From NCBI GenBank assembly GCA_013265495.1, contig MU058065.1:3451003-3515002 (forward strand): a DNA stretch of 64,000 bases, given 5' to 3'. The stretch comes from Vicugna vicugna. Its lineage: Eukaryota. Made by a program: the position numbers and the translations under genes. This document shows positions 13,901 through 26,075 of the stretch, one piece after another; position 1 is the stretch's first letter, and each line of letters starts with the position of its first letter. The notes under the pieces were generated by a model. It was not told where the DNA came from. It saw only the letters and a program-made list of their open reading frames with translations, and did no database searches.

Positions 13901-16900
13901 GTTTAGAAGTCATTTTCACAGTGTCACAGCGGAAGTAGGATTCCCACAGGGTTTCTCTGACTATACAGTTCAAATGCTTGGCCATTGCCCTAAATAGCCT
14001 ACTTTGTACTTGCAATGAAATGAAACTTGCAGTCCCTGTGTTATATAAATCTAATAATATAAACATTCTGCTAAAGTTTATCCGTTAAATATTGTGATTA
14101 GTTAACTTGGATGGCGGTAGAGTTGGCCGAATGTGATATTTGTCATCTTTAAAGTTTCTTTTAAGCACCTTTGATTTTTTAAACACCTGTAGTTGACTCA
14201 GAATGCTTCAAGGATTTTGCAAATGTTCCTATCTGTCCTATACTCTTATCAGTTACAGTGTCAATAGGACACAGTTGAAGTTGTGGTCTTCTTTATTTAT
14301 TGTGAGAGTAACCTGTGGAATTGTTTCTGACTTTCAAAGCCTAAAATAGCATTTCTAAATTCCAACTCTAATTACCATGTCATTTAAAAATTACTAGCCA
14401 CTACTTTAAAATATACATAAATTCACATAATTTAAAAAGCAAGGATCAGTGTGTAATTTTTAATGTGCACTTCCCTTTGGATTGTTTGTGATTGTTACAT
14501 ACTTTGATGTTCTAGAGTGTATTTCTCTGCTATTGTCAAGAGTGAATACTACATCACTGCATATACACTTCTATTTTAGCATAAAATATGACCCCCTTGG
14601 CCCTTTCCATGAGATCATAGTAGTTGTCCTTTAGTGCACCCTCTTGTCTCCATACAGCATTTCTACCTATCCCAGTTTAAAGAGTTGTCTTTCTAGTCTT
14701 CTAAATCTCCAGTAAAGAAAGCTACGTCTTCATTAGCTACATAATGGCCTCATTTCTTCATTTCCCTCTGGGTATAAACATTGGTCTGAAATTGCATTAC
14801 ATCATCTATGAGTGAGTTGTGCTCTAACTTAAGCACAGAGACAACTGGCAGGTTCTATTAAACCACAGTTTCGTTTCCTTTAGTTCTATTACTTCTGCTC
14901 TGCTAGAATCTTAACTCCAAGGGTTGTGGTTCAGGTACAGCATCTCATATCACCCCGGTATCTTACACAACTGAGGTTTTCTTCTCTCTCATAGAGATGA
15001 TTTCATTGCCCAGTATTACCTGGCATGGATCTGGCTTTAATATACGTTCCCCAGGTTTACAGTTTCTCTTACTGACCTTGCTTAAATTTAAGTATCCCTC
15101 AAGTTTGTAGAGCTATCCAGAGAGAAATCAAAGGCAAACGTGGCTTTAATATCTGAATAGAGGGCAGAAATTTTTGCAAAACTGTTACTGGCTTTTCTTT
15201 TAAAAATACCTGGCAGAATATAAGTAGAAGTTATCTGAATTCATCACTCAAGTCTTCCCATTCTAATCAACTGCAACAATTTTTAAATTTTTTTCAGGAA
15301 TTTTCCTTCTTTTGCTGAATAGCTCATGCAAAATTCTCAACTGATGAAGTGCAAAAAGAGAACACTTCTTAAAGATTTACTGGTTTAATGGAAAAGGATA
15401 CACTGAGGAAAGAAATATTAGCTGATAAAATTTTCCCTGGGTATGTGTTTCTGTTAATCTACAGAGGAGAGAAAATTAGATCTGAAAAACTGTTATTCTG
15501 AGCTTTTTGTCAGGTCTCTGTATCTCCTAGCTGCTGTGCCGGTATTGAGGTTTCGAGACAGAAATTTCACTTCCAGCAAGTAATTAAAACAAGAATTAAA
15601 ATAACAAGACAAGATATATCCCTTGTTCCTCATTCCCTTGCAAATTGTACTATAAGAAGCAGAGGCTCTTTGCTTCTGCCTAAATGTGCTCTGACTCCCC
15701 TACATACATCAGTTATCTTGTAAATTAGAAACCAGTCATAACCATTAAGAACTACCTTGTTAGCCCTTATTTTGATTAACTGTCTTCCTCCAGAGCACAC
15801 ATTTAGATGATGACATCTGTTCTGAAAAGCTTCAATCTGGAGAGCCACAGTTCTCTTTTTTTTTTTTTTCCATCTGCATATATACAAAACTCACTGGCAT
15901 GAAATAGGTTTTAAAAATAGTCACAAATATTTGATTTAATTAACCCACAGAAAATGTCAGTCTTTTAAAATGTCAAGCTAAGGAAAGGAAACAAGAGGTT
16001 AGTGTAAGTAAATCACTTCCATCTTTTTTTTAAAAAAGTCACATGACTGATATTATTTGGATTTATAGCAATGATTGATTAATAAACTGTCCATGTACTG
16101 ACACTCTCATAGTAGAGTTCCATGTGTGCTGTGGCTGTTCAATAATGTATATTTTAATTAATGATTTCTTTTCTCTGAAACTGAAATGCCAATATGATTA
16201 TAGTACATCTTCTGAGGGCCGAGTTCAGCAGAGTAGAACCAAAATAGAAGACGACAGCCATCTTACCACCGGAGACTCGAGTCAATTAAACCAGCTCCCT
16301 CGAAATGTTCAGTCTTGGGGGAGCGAACTACCATGAGTCCCTTCTCACGGATAACTTCCTGGTCACCTCTGTTGTACACATGGACCACGGCTACGATTCA
16401 CTGAATTAGATTTTTAGGTCTTTATGCTCAGAAGTTGCCGCTGTTAGCATCATTCATACATTATATCAGCTTTTGCCTTCTTACAGGCAACACACCTGCT
16501 GTAGCAATCAGATGGAACTAGATTTTGAAACTGAGTTGCCATTTATTGGCTGTGTGACTTTGTATTAATCGCTTGACTGAGCTGTTTCTTCATCTGTAAA
16601 TGGTATTCAATGAGGCAATATCTATCAAGTACCAGGCACAAAAATGCATTCAAACAATGAGAAGTATTCTAGATTCTGTGGGCATCTCAATCAACCAGGT
16701 TTGGTGTCTTGGTTGTTTTATATTTCAACGATATACAAGTTTATCTTTGTGTGGTCCTTTGGGAGAGACATATCATCAACTTTCTGGATTTTCTATGATG
16801 AATGTGTACAAGTTTTTAAATCAAGGCTAGAATGGAAAATCCTTGCTTTTTTGGATTCAAGGTGGCATCCACAAGCTAACCACACATTTTTGACTCCCTT

Positions 16901-17597
16901 CTCTCTGGGAATCCCATTAAAATAATAGTACAGGTATTTAAAAAGGAGTAAAAGCAAAACTATTCAGGGGGTGACCTTCACAGATGAGAGATATAAACAA
17001 ATTTCCAGAAGACAGCAGAAGATAGAAGTTGAAAATGTTTTTATAAATGGCTGAGGAGGCTGTAGTCTAGAGTATTCTAGCAGGTGGGTGCAGTGGAGCG
17101 GGGAACCCATCTTCTCAACAGGCTCCAGTGTGGTTCTGGGTGCAGGCGGGACAGACAGGTATGACAGAGTGTGAGGAGGAGCTGAAAGTATAGGGATAAA
17201 CTGAAAATTGAGTAAAAGGCAGGTAACTCCTCACCCACCTCTCCCATTCCCACTTCCAGTAGACATGCCATCTAGCTTTGATGCCAAGGGAAAAACCTGA
17301 GAGTCCTCCTCTAAAGAAATATAGTGAACTATCAGCTGAGAACCAGGATGACAAACAGAGGGTTTCCGCATTTTGTCATTGGCTGCACTTCCAGGGAAAA
17401 GCCACCTCCTAGACCACATCCTTCCAGTCTACGAGGTGCACATACAGACACACATCAGCCAGTCAGTCTTTCTAGTAGACTCAAAGGTTGATCTCGGAGA
17501 AAACAGAAATAATTCAGGTAATGTAAGAGACCTTTCAAAAAAAAATTCTCTATTAGTATCTTTCGAGAGTCTGTAACTCATAAAAAGTATGAATAGA

Positions 17598-17687
17598 GGG
17601 GTGGGTATAGCTCAGTGGTAGAGTGCATGCTTAGCATGCATGAAGTCCAAGGTTCAATCCTCAATACCTCCATTAAAAAAAAAAAAA
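17598..17687 (+). mobile_element. tRNA-derived SINE (camelid vic-1-like)
   Basis: GGGG start, A-box tagctcagtggtagag, B-box ggttcaatcc, poly-A tail. A second copy lies at 19721. Confidence 0.85.
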
Positions 17688-17734
17688 CCTATGTATATAA
17701 AGGGGCCCTCAGAAAACAAGAACAAAACTTCAGG

Positions 17735-17996
17735 TTGGAAGATAAATAAGTCATGGAAATGTAATGCACAGCATAGTGACTATAGCTAATAATACTATAT
17801 TGTATAATTGAAAGTTGCTGAGAGTAAATTGTAAAAGTTCTCTTCACAGGAAAAAAATCGTAACTGTGTGATAACGGATGTTAACTAAACTTACTGTGGT
17901 GGTCATTTTGCAATATATACGCATATCAAATCATTATGTTGTACACCTTAACTAATGCAATGCTATATGTCAATTATATCTCAATTAGAAAAAAAC
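17735..17996 (+). mobile_element. L1MA-type 3' end
   Basis: acagcatagtgactatag...gaaagttgctgagagta...tatatgtcaattatatctcaat followed by an A tail. Confidence 0.8.
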
Positions 17997-19720
17997 AAAC
18001 GAGTTCCTCGAAATAAGAAAATATAGTAATACAAATTATAAAAATCAGTGGGATACTTGGAAGACAAACTCAAAGAATTTTTCCCAGGAAAGAATAACAA
18101 TAATAAAAATAAGATCCCAAAGAAATAGACAATAGGAGGGGGAAAAAGGGATAAGAGGATCAATCCATTCAACTAATAAAAATTCTAATAAGGGGTCTTA
18201 AGAAACCAGAGATACCAAATGAAAAAAAGAAGACGTATGTCATGTTTTATTTCCATTGTATTATTCTTCAGGCCCCTTTATATGTCTTAAATATTTTTAG
18301 TAAAATAATTTAAAGACCCCAATTCAGATATACCATTGTGAAATCTCAGAGCACCAAGAATAAAGAATATTCTAAATCTTGCAGAGAGAAACAAGTCATC
18401 CACGGGAAATGAAGCTCAATTGTATTAGCCTTCCCAGCAGAAAATTTCTGAGGAAAAATAAGTTTGAACCAAGAATCCCATGCAAAAGCTATCAGCTTTA
18501 AATGGGAAATGGTCATTTTCCTTTTCTCAACATGCGAGAACTGAGTTTACTTTGCACTGTTTCTGAAGAATTTACTTGAAGATGAACACCAAGAAAGAGG
18601 ATGATACAGGATATAAGAAATCATGTCACTAACCAGGAATCCAATGAAAGCAAATTTGAAGGTGACAACTGAGCAGCTATTCTGAAAAAGATCAGTCCAA
18701 ATTAGAATGCAAAATCAGAGGACTCCAAGGAGACACTCTCCAATAGGCAGAAGAACGACGAGGAAGGAGAAAAAAAAGTCCAATCTACAGAATAAATAAG
18801 GTATTCAGAATACAGTGAATAAGGCGTATTATTTTTCGTTCACTGGCAACATAACAGAAAAACATGATCAGAAACTAGGGAAAATCAATTAAAATCATAA
18901 TTCAAATATGCAGTAGCTAAACTGGAGTGTGGTTTCAAATAACTGATAGAATGTAAGAAAGGAGAAGACATTTGACCTTGATGCCTAGGACATTTCCCTT
19001 TGAGAGAGTCAAAGTTCATGACAGTGGAATCACAGAGAGGGAAGTGTTTATTGCACATTACACGGCTCTGTGATAAACCAGAGTCATACTCATGAAAGAG
19101 TAAATACTGTTTTGTTTTATTTTTTACCTCAACACATAGAATCAACCTACAGACAAAGCACAGGAGGCTTAATTAAGACTACAAAACAGAATATAAATTT
19201 ATCAACTTTGACAATATTAAGGTTGAAGAACAGCCAACAGAGGTTGGAAAATAGGGGAGGGAAGAGAGGTGGAAGAAACTGTAGGAGTGTTAACATCCCT
19301 AATATAAAAGATGGGCAATCAAGAGGGGCTTTTGAAAGCCAATGGAATAAGAAACAGTTTCCAAGTATACTATTTACAGTTATAAATAAACTAAAAATAG
19401 TAATATGAAAATACAAATTGGGACAATGGGGGAGCTAAATCCTCACCCATGAGAACAGAAAATCCATATTTACTATCCCAGGTTGACAGACCAAGAAGTG
19501 GTAATGTAAGTCCATAATTCAGAGATGCATTAGGTAACCACGAACAGAAATTGCAACATAAATGAATAACCATGGCTGCTTCTAGAGAGACAGGCTGGAG
19601 GTAGGGAGTCATGGTTTGGGGACTGTCCTTTCTCATTATAAGTTTTTCCAGACTATTAGAATTTTTCACCTGTGTGCTCCATTGCTTGGATTAGAAAAAT
19701 AACAAAATTTTAAAAGTTGT

Positions 19721-19846
19721 GGGGAGGGTATAGCTCAAGTGGTAGAGCACATGCTTAGCATGCACATGGTCCTGGGTTCAATCCCCAGTACCTCCATCAA
19801 AAAAACATAAATAAATAAGTAAGCCTATGTACCTCCCCCACAAAAA
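19721..19846 (+). mobile_element. tRNA-derived SINE (camelid vic-1-like)
   Basis: ggggagggtatagctcaagtggtagagc...gggttcaatccccagtacctcc followed by an (AAAT)n tail. Confidence 0.85.
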
Positions 19847-20514
19847 ATTTTTTTAAGGTCTAAGTTATGATATTTTACCCCATTCACAGAAAGTAATTTA
19901 ACAGAAACTGAGAACTTCAGGCCTCTGCTAATTGGCTACTCTCCACAGCTATAATGGAATAAAACTGAGGTTCAAAATCATCATGCAGCTGTATTTTGAG
20001 ATACTAATATGCCTTTATTGATGAAAAAATTATACTGTGTTTCAAAACTTTCAATTTTGAGTTTAATCTTATTATAATTTTTAAAATGTTAATTGAAAAC
20101 ATATGATGAAGGCAATGACTCCTTACCCCTCAAATCTTTGACTAAACTAGATCTTTATCTATGCAAAACTTCTTTTTGTTGGCCCTCAAATTTTGCCAAA
20201 ATGGAAGAAAATGTTCTACTTTGATTCTTGAGAGAAGCTAATGAAAAGAACTGAGGGGAAAAAAATCTGCCCTTAAAATTTTTTTTTATATAGAAACTAT
20301 CAACTTAGAATCAACCACTCTAATGTTATATTTTTTATTGTGCATATGAACAATTTAGATTTTAAATATGATACCCTTAATTAATTTTTTAAGGAAAAGA
20401 GAAGGCATCCAGAAAGGCTTATGTCATTTCTAGTATTTAAAGAATAGTTTGCATGTTTGGTGTCTCCTCCTACTTCGAATAGGCCAATTATAATGTAAGC
20501 TAAAGATGCTTACC

Positions 20515-20905
20515 ACAGGTTAGGTTTTCCAGAAGCAGATGCTGAAAAAAAGTTTGGAGTACAGATGTTTATAAGGATCAATACCTGTAAAAGCACGTGG
20601 GAAGAACTGGGCAGAGAGAGAAGACGAACTATAATGCCCAATAAAGCCCCTGGACCAATGGGGAGCTCTAGAGCAAGTACTGCCTAATAAAGTTGTCCCT
20701 TGCTGGACTGAAATGGCTGGTCCTATATACCTCATCTCCAGATGTGGGGTACCCCAGCATAGGCATGGTCTCAGAGCCAGCTGCCCTGTGCAGCCCAGCT
20801 CCCTGAAGGAGCTGTCAGCTAGAAGCTATACCCTGATCATCCTTCCTGCAGCTGAGCAGAGGGGCACTTGCGGGGAATCTGGGTAGCACATCTCTGTGTC
20901 TACAT
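20515..20905. mobile_element. Old MaLR/ERVL LTR remnant
   Basis: ggttttccagaagcagatgctga start and a GC-richer LTR-like body; resembles the element at ~29185. Confidence 0.45.
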
Positions 20906-21955
20906 CACCACTGACCTGTGGTAGTTAGATTTATAAGCACTTACCTAGCTCAGAGAGAAACATGCCTGGTAAACTGAGCCTGCGGTTAACTGTGCTGTGT
21001 CCCATAGCAGCCATGGGAAATGGCCTAGTAGGTTGCTTCAGCCATCCCTGCTTCTGCTCAAAAACTTTTTTAGGGTCCACAGCTGTAAGCACTTGAGAAT
21101 GTCCTCTTGTCAACTTCTGTTGACTCTGCCTTGCTTGGCTTTGGATCTAGAGTCCACCTCCCTACCGAGCCTCAACCAGTTCATGACCTGATTTTGACTG
21201 TTAACGACACTGCCTGCAGGAACCTCACCCAAACAGTAGGTAGAAACCTGCAGATCACCAGACAGGTTCCACAGCACCCCACCCCAATCGTCAGGAACAG
21301 GGCATCAGACGTGCATGACACCAGAAGCTGGGCAGGTCAGAGAAATCAGCCAAGACAAAGCAAGTCTGCCCTCAGTTGGAAATGGTTCGAATGGTCATTC
21401 ATCAGTTGTTTCTGCCCGCAACCCCAATTTTCCTTAGGGGAAAACCCACCCCTTTGCTCAGGTCATGTGGGCCAGTGAGGCTGATCCAACCCCTGTGAGC
21501 CTAAGGTGGTCCAGTGGCCCAGGCCTGGCCAACCAGCCAATCCGGATGTCGGGACCGTGTCAGAAATGGACACCCAACACAACCATGGCCATAAATGCCT
21601 ACTCCAAGACTTCTGCCAGAAATGACTAAAACGGGTGCTTTCTCTCCATGCTTTGCTCTGTATAAGGCTATCTTAAAACCCAGTTCAGTCATGCCTGAAA
21701 TGGGCACTGGAGTCGGTAAGTTTCTTTCCATGTCGAAACTAATTTGAAGTGGGTTTTTCCATTTGCACCCAAAAGAGTCTGGGCTAATACAAACCCTCTC
21801 ATGACCTACTTACGAAGTGCTGGTCTAGCTGATTTGATGGGGAACTTACCACTCTTGCTTACACCAAATCAAAAGCCTCTTTGTAAGTTTACCCTTTACT
21901 CTGCTCTGTGGGGCTGTAGTGGGCATAGGCATTCATCCAAATATTTTGTCTACAT

Positions 21956-22132
21956 CAGTGGTTCTCAAACTGGGCAGCACATCAGAATCAACTGGAAACT
22001 TGAAAACTGGAGATTCCTGGGCCTCATCCTGGGTCTAGAGAATCAGAGTTTCTGGGTTTGTGGCCAAGGAATGTATATTTTTCTAAAGCTATGCAGACAA
22101 TTTTAATCTCCTGCCAGATTTAAGAGTCACTG
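21956..22132. mobile_element. MER5-like hAT MITE
   Basis: cagtggttctcaaact ... aagagtcactg terminal inverted repeats; internal catcagaatca. Confidence 0.7.
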
Positions 22133-22329
22133 ATCCACATAATGCCAAATAATTGTTCTATTAAAAGTGATAAATTGATCAGCCAGAAAACAGTCATATA
22201 AATGTCTCCTATGTGTTTGCATGACATCATTTACATATCTAGTCCTTAAGTTCAAGAAGCAACCATGCATCCTTCCTAAGGAAACAACAGCAGGCCTGGT
22301 GGAAGAAAATTTGAGTAGAAGAAAATTGA

Positions 22330-23327
22330 GAAGTGGATTTACCATAAAACCAATAAAGCTTAAGTTTCAGGGCTCCTCGCTTGAGCTTGTAAGTGCTTCC
22401 ATGGCCATATGTTCTTGCAGAATTTAAGGAGTACAGTATTTTCACTATGAACAGTTGAGACCATTGTTTCAATTTCTCCTCAGTCATATTTCCCCTTGTG
22501 TCAGGTGCCATGGGAGGAGTCACGGGCATGTTTGGACCTTGACTAAGGAAGTTGAATGGGGTTACGCACAGTTTTGTTTTAGCGGAATATTTATGCGGTC
22601 CACACACAGCGTCTTCCATGTACAGTTTAGCTACTGCTAGCTGCCCCAGGGCAAGAACAATTGTTAGGGAAGCACCTACCACCCACTATAACGATGTACT
22701 CCACCACATAAAATGAAAGTACGGGGTTCCACATGAACCTCATAATACGGCACAACACTGGGGACACTAAAGGCAAGCTGGTCAGTGACTGTTGTCAGTT
22801 CAAATAGTATTTGAGATTAGGTCCTGCAACCAAAAAAACCTCTGCCTCAAAATCTTACAGCTCATATATGAAGGATACTTGAGAGAAGTTTTCCTAAAAT
22901 TGACAACAATCCTAAAAATGTACATGCCAACACCAGTAATAAGTGGCAGAGTCAAAAGAAAGCTTTCTACACCATCAGTCTTAAAAAACATCCTTCGCTC
23001 CACCATGCTAGAGGGAAGTCGGATTCCTTCAGCTCTCACAGTAGAAAGTACGACAAAATCATTGTTGCAAGCAGAGGCCATCAAACACATGCAGACAATA
23101 ATTTTATTGAGTGGTGTATCAGAGAGCTGATTATTACACAAAATTTTTTTCCCTAGATTTTGAGATCTTTCCAGAATTTGCCAGCTTTACATGTTTTGTT
23201 GTTATGGTGTTGGTTTATATTATAATTCTAAAGGAATATTTAATGCCTTGTCTAATACTTTATATTACTTTTCTTAAAAAGAGCCTCCAAAACTGTATGA
23301 GCTTCAGGCCCATAGATTTGCCCCTGG
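22330..23327 (+). mobile_element. hAT (Tip100/Zaphod-like) DNA transposon remnant with C-terminal dimerisation domain
   Basis: ORF 22792-23130 reads FLKLTTILKMYMPTPVISGRVKRKLSTPSVLKNILRSTMLE, matching the hATC pattern FPxLxxxLxIxxTxPVxSxxxERxFSxLxxxKxxLRSTM. TIR-like ends (gtggatttacc / gatttgcccctg). Confidence 0.7.
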
Positions 23328-24440
23328 TTTGAAGGGAGCGCCTCTCCCCTGCATGCTCATTGTGGCTGTGATAAAACCTAATTGATTTGTCCTTTAAGTT
23401 GCCTTAGTCTCCTGGAAACCAAATACGCTTATTATTAAGTCAGCAAATGTGCTGTTGATGGATTTAACGACTCTGTAGGAATGAGTCAGTAATGACTCTG
23501 AAGGAATCTGTGTGGCCAGACAGATAAATAATACATTATTTAAAGGTTTCTGAACTCTTACAGTGTTTTGGAAGAAGCTGTTCTTTAAAAGAAATTAGGA
23601 AGGAGGATGTATCATGGTCAGGAAGAAAAATATATGAACAACCAATTCAGATTAACCATGCTAGAGGAAGGGTGATTTTTCTCTTATTTCTCTCTATAGA
23701 AATACTACAGAATCATCATCATGTGAAGAAGAGATTAAGCAGATCTTGTCTGATAGAGTTGGTCTGGCTTGGCTCAATATAACTTCAGAATCCACTTGTT
23801 CTTTTTCAGCAAGGGCGTTGCTGCAAATAGGATGGTACATGGTTTCATGTAGGTGATGCAAATAGCATATAGAAGTTGCTATAAACACACCCAGGTCTCC
23901 ATGCATGCCAAGTCTCACTCCAAGCTTTAGCTCTTTACAGGCATTAGGGAGAAGTCAGTTTCCATGTTGATAGATATGCTCCTTTGTCCTATGCATCCTA
24001 TTTCTTGCACCACTTTGAACAGTCTCAATATTTACCAAGCAGCATTTTCAGTGTTCATTTAAATTCTCTGCTTCTAGTGTCTTTAGTCATACCTTCGATC
24101 CATGAGGTATTAGCAGATTTACTAAAAATAAAAAAAAAAACTATAGCCATAAAAGTTTGGTGAACACTGGTTTATACAACATTAAACTGATTTCCTTACA
24201 GATTTGCAGCAGGACTTCTTGAAGCTTTTAATAATGAATCTCTAAGAATGTAGTTTGCAATGCTTCCTAAATTATTTAATCAGAAAACTTTTTTTTTTGA
24301 GGAAAAGTGATGCTAATATGGAGAAATGCTGCTCTGGACTAAAATACAATGAGATAATGAAGTGTAAATGTTTTATGCAACATAAAAACTAAATAAATTA
24401 TATGATACAATGAAAATCATCATCATCATCATGATATTAT

Positions 24441-24442
<2 letters not shown>

Positions 24443-24479
<37 letters not shown>
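24443..24479. repeat. (T)37 homopolymer preceded by (CAT)n
   Basis: Read directly from the sequence. Confidence 0.95.
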
Positions 24480-24482
<3 letters not shown>

Positions 24483-24711
24483 TTTCTTTCTACTTGGAAC
24501 CATTTAAACTATCTGTTTAGATTTTAGAAAAAGACTAACTAAGACAAATGTATTTGCTTGCATAATTTTCTTTTATAAGTTTTATTTTACAAAGAGGTTG
24601 AGAAAAATTATACACGCCTCTAGCTATCAGGTTTCTGTCTGCTGCCTGAGTAGTTTTCATACCTTTTTGAGATTTTTTCCACTACATTTATTGAAGAATA
24701 GTGAATGTCAA

Positions 24712-26075
24712 TAAATCCCTATCAAAATCCCAATGGCATTTTTTGAAGAAATAAGAAAATTCATTCTAAAATTCATATGGAATCTAAAAGGATCCTGAAT
24801 AACCAAACATTTTGAAAAAGAAGAACAAAATTAGAGACTCCACATTTCCTGACTTCAAAACATATCACAAAGCTACAATAAAAAAAATTATAGTATTTGG
24901 CATAAAGATGACAAATAGACAAATGAAACAGAATAGAGAGCCCAGAAATAAATCCTCTTGTATATGGTCAAATGATCCTTGACAAAGGTGCCAAGACTAA
25001 CCAATGGGGAGAGGACAGTCTCTTCAACAAATGGTGTTGAGGAAACTGGATATGTACATACAGAAGAATGACGTTGGATCCTTGACTTGAACCATATTAA
25101 AAAAATTTGAATCCATATTGATTAAAGCCTTAAACATAAAAACTAAAACTGTAAAACTCCTAGAAGAAAATGACAGAAAAAGATCTTCATTTGGCACTGG
25201 ATTTGGCAACAATTTCTTGACTATGACACCAAAAGCACAGGCAACCAACAAAAATGTAATAGGCAAATGAGATATCAAACTTAAAAACTTCTGTGCATCA
25301 AAGGACACAACCACAGAGTGAAAAGTCAACCTATAGAATGAGAGTAAATATTTGCAAATCATATATCTGAAAAGGGATTAATATCCAGAACACATAAAGA
25401 ACTTCTCAACTCAAAAACAAAAATTAAACAACCCAGTTTAAAAATGGGCAAATGACTGAATATACTTTTCTGTAAAGATGATAAACAAATGGTCAACAAG
25501 CATATAAAAAGATGTTCAACAGCACTAATCATCGTGAAATGCAAGTTAAAACCACAGTAACATATCATCTCATATCCATTATGATGGCTACTGTTAAAAA
25601 AAAACAGAAAATAAGTTTTGATTATTATGTGAATATGAAGAAATTGGATCTCTTATGCACCATTGTTGGAATTATAAAGTGATGTAACCTCTCTGGAACA
25701 CAGATTGTTTCCTCAAAAAACTAAAAATAGAACAACTATATGAGCCATCAATCCCACTTCTGGGTGTGTATCTAAAGAAGTAAAGGCAATATCTTGAAGA
25801 GACACTGCACACCCATGTTCATAAGAGCAATACTCACAAAAGCCAAGATGTAGAAGCAAGCCAACTGTCTATTAACAGATGAACAGAAACACATAATGTG
25901 ATTCATACCTACAACAGAATATTATTCAACCTTCTTTCCTTCTACCTACTTTGGGTTTTATTATTACTGGAGGTCTCTTTCACAGCAATATGAATATACT
26001 TAAAACTACTGAACTATACACTTAAAAATGGCTAAGATAGTAAATTTTATGTTATGTATTTCTTACCATCAAAAA
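24712..26075 (+). mobile_element. LINE-1 (L1M-type) ORF2 3' part and 3' end
   Basis: atcaaaatcccaatggcattttttg, gagagcccagaaataaatcct, ctcttcaacaaatggtgttg, aaaaacttctgtgcatcaaaggacac, atcccacttctgggt. Confidence 0.9.

Noticed and set aside
17598..17672. Functional tRNA-Ala gene (also at 19721)
   Set aside because: Degenerate stems, A-rich tails and two diverged copies indicate SINEs.
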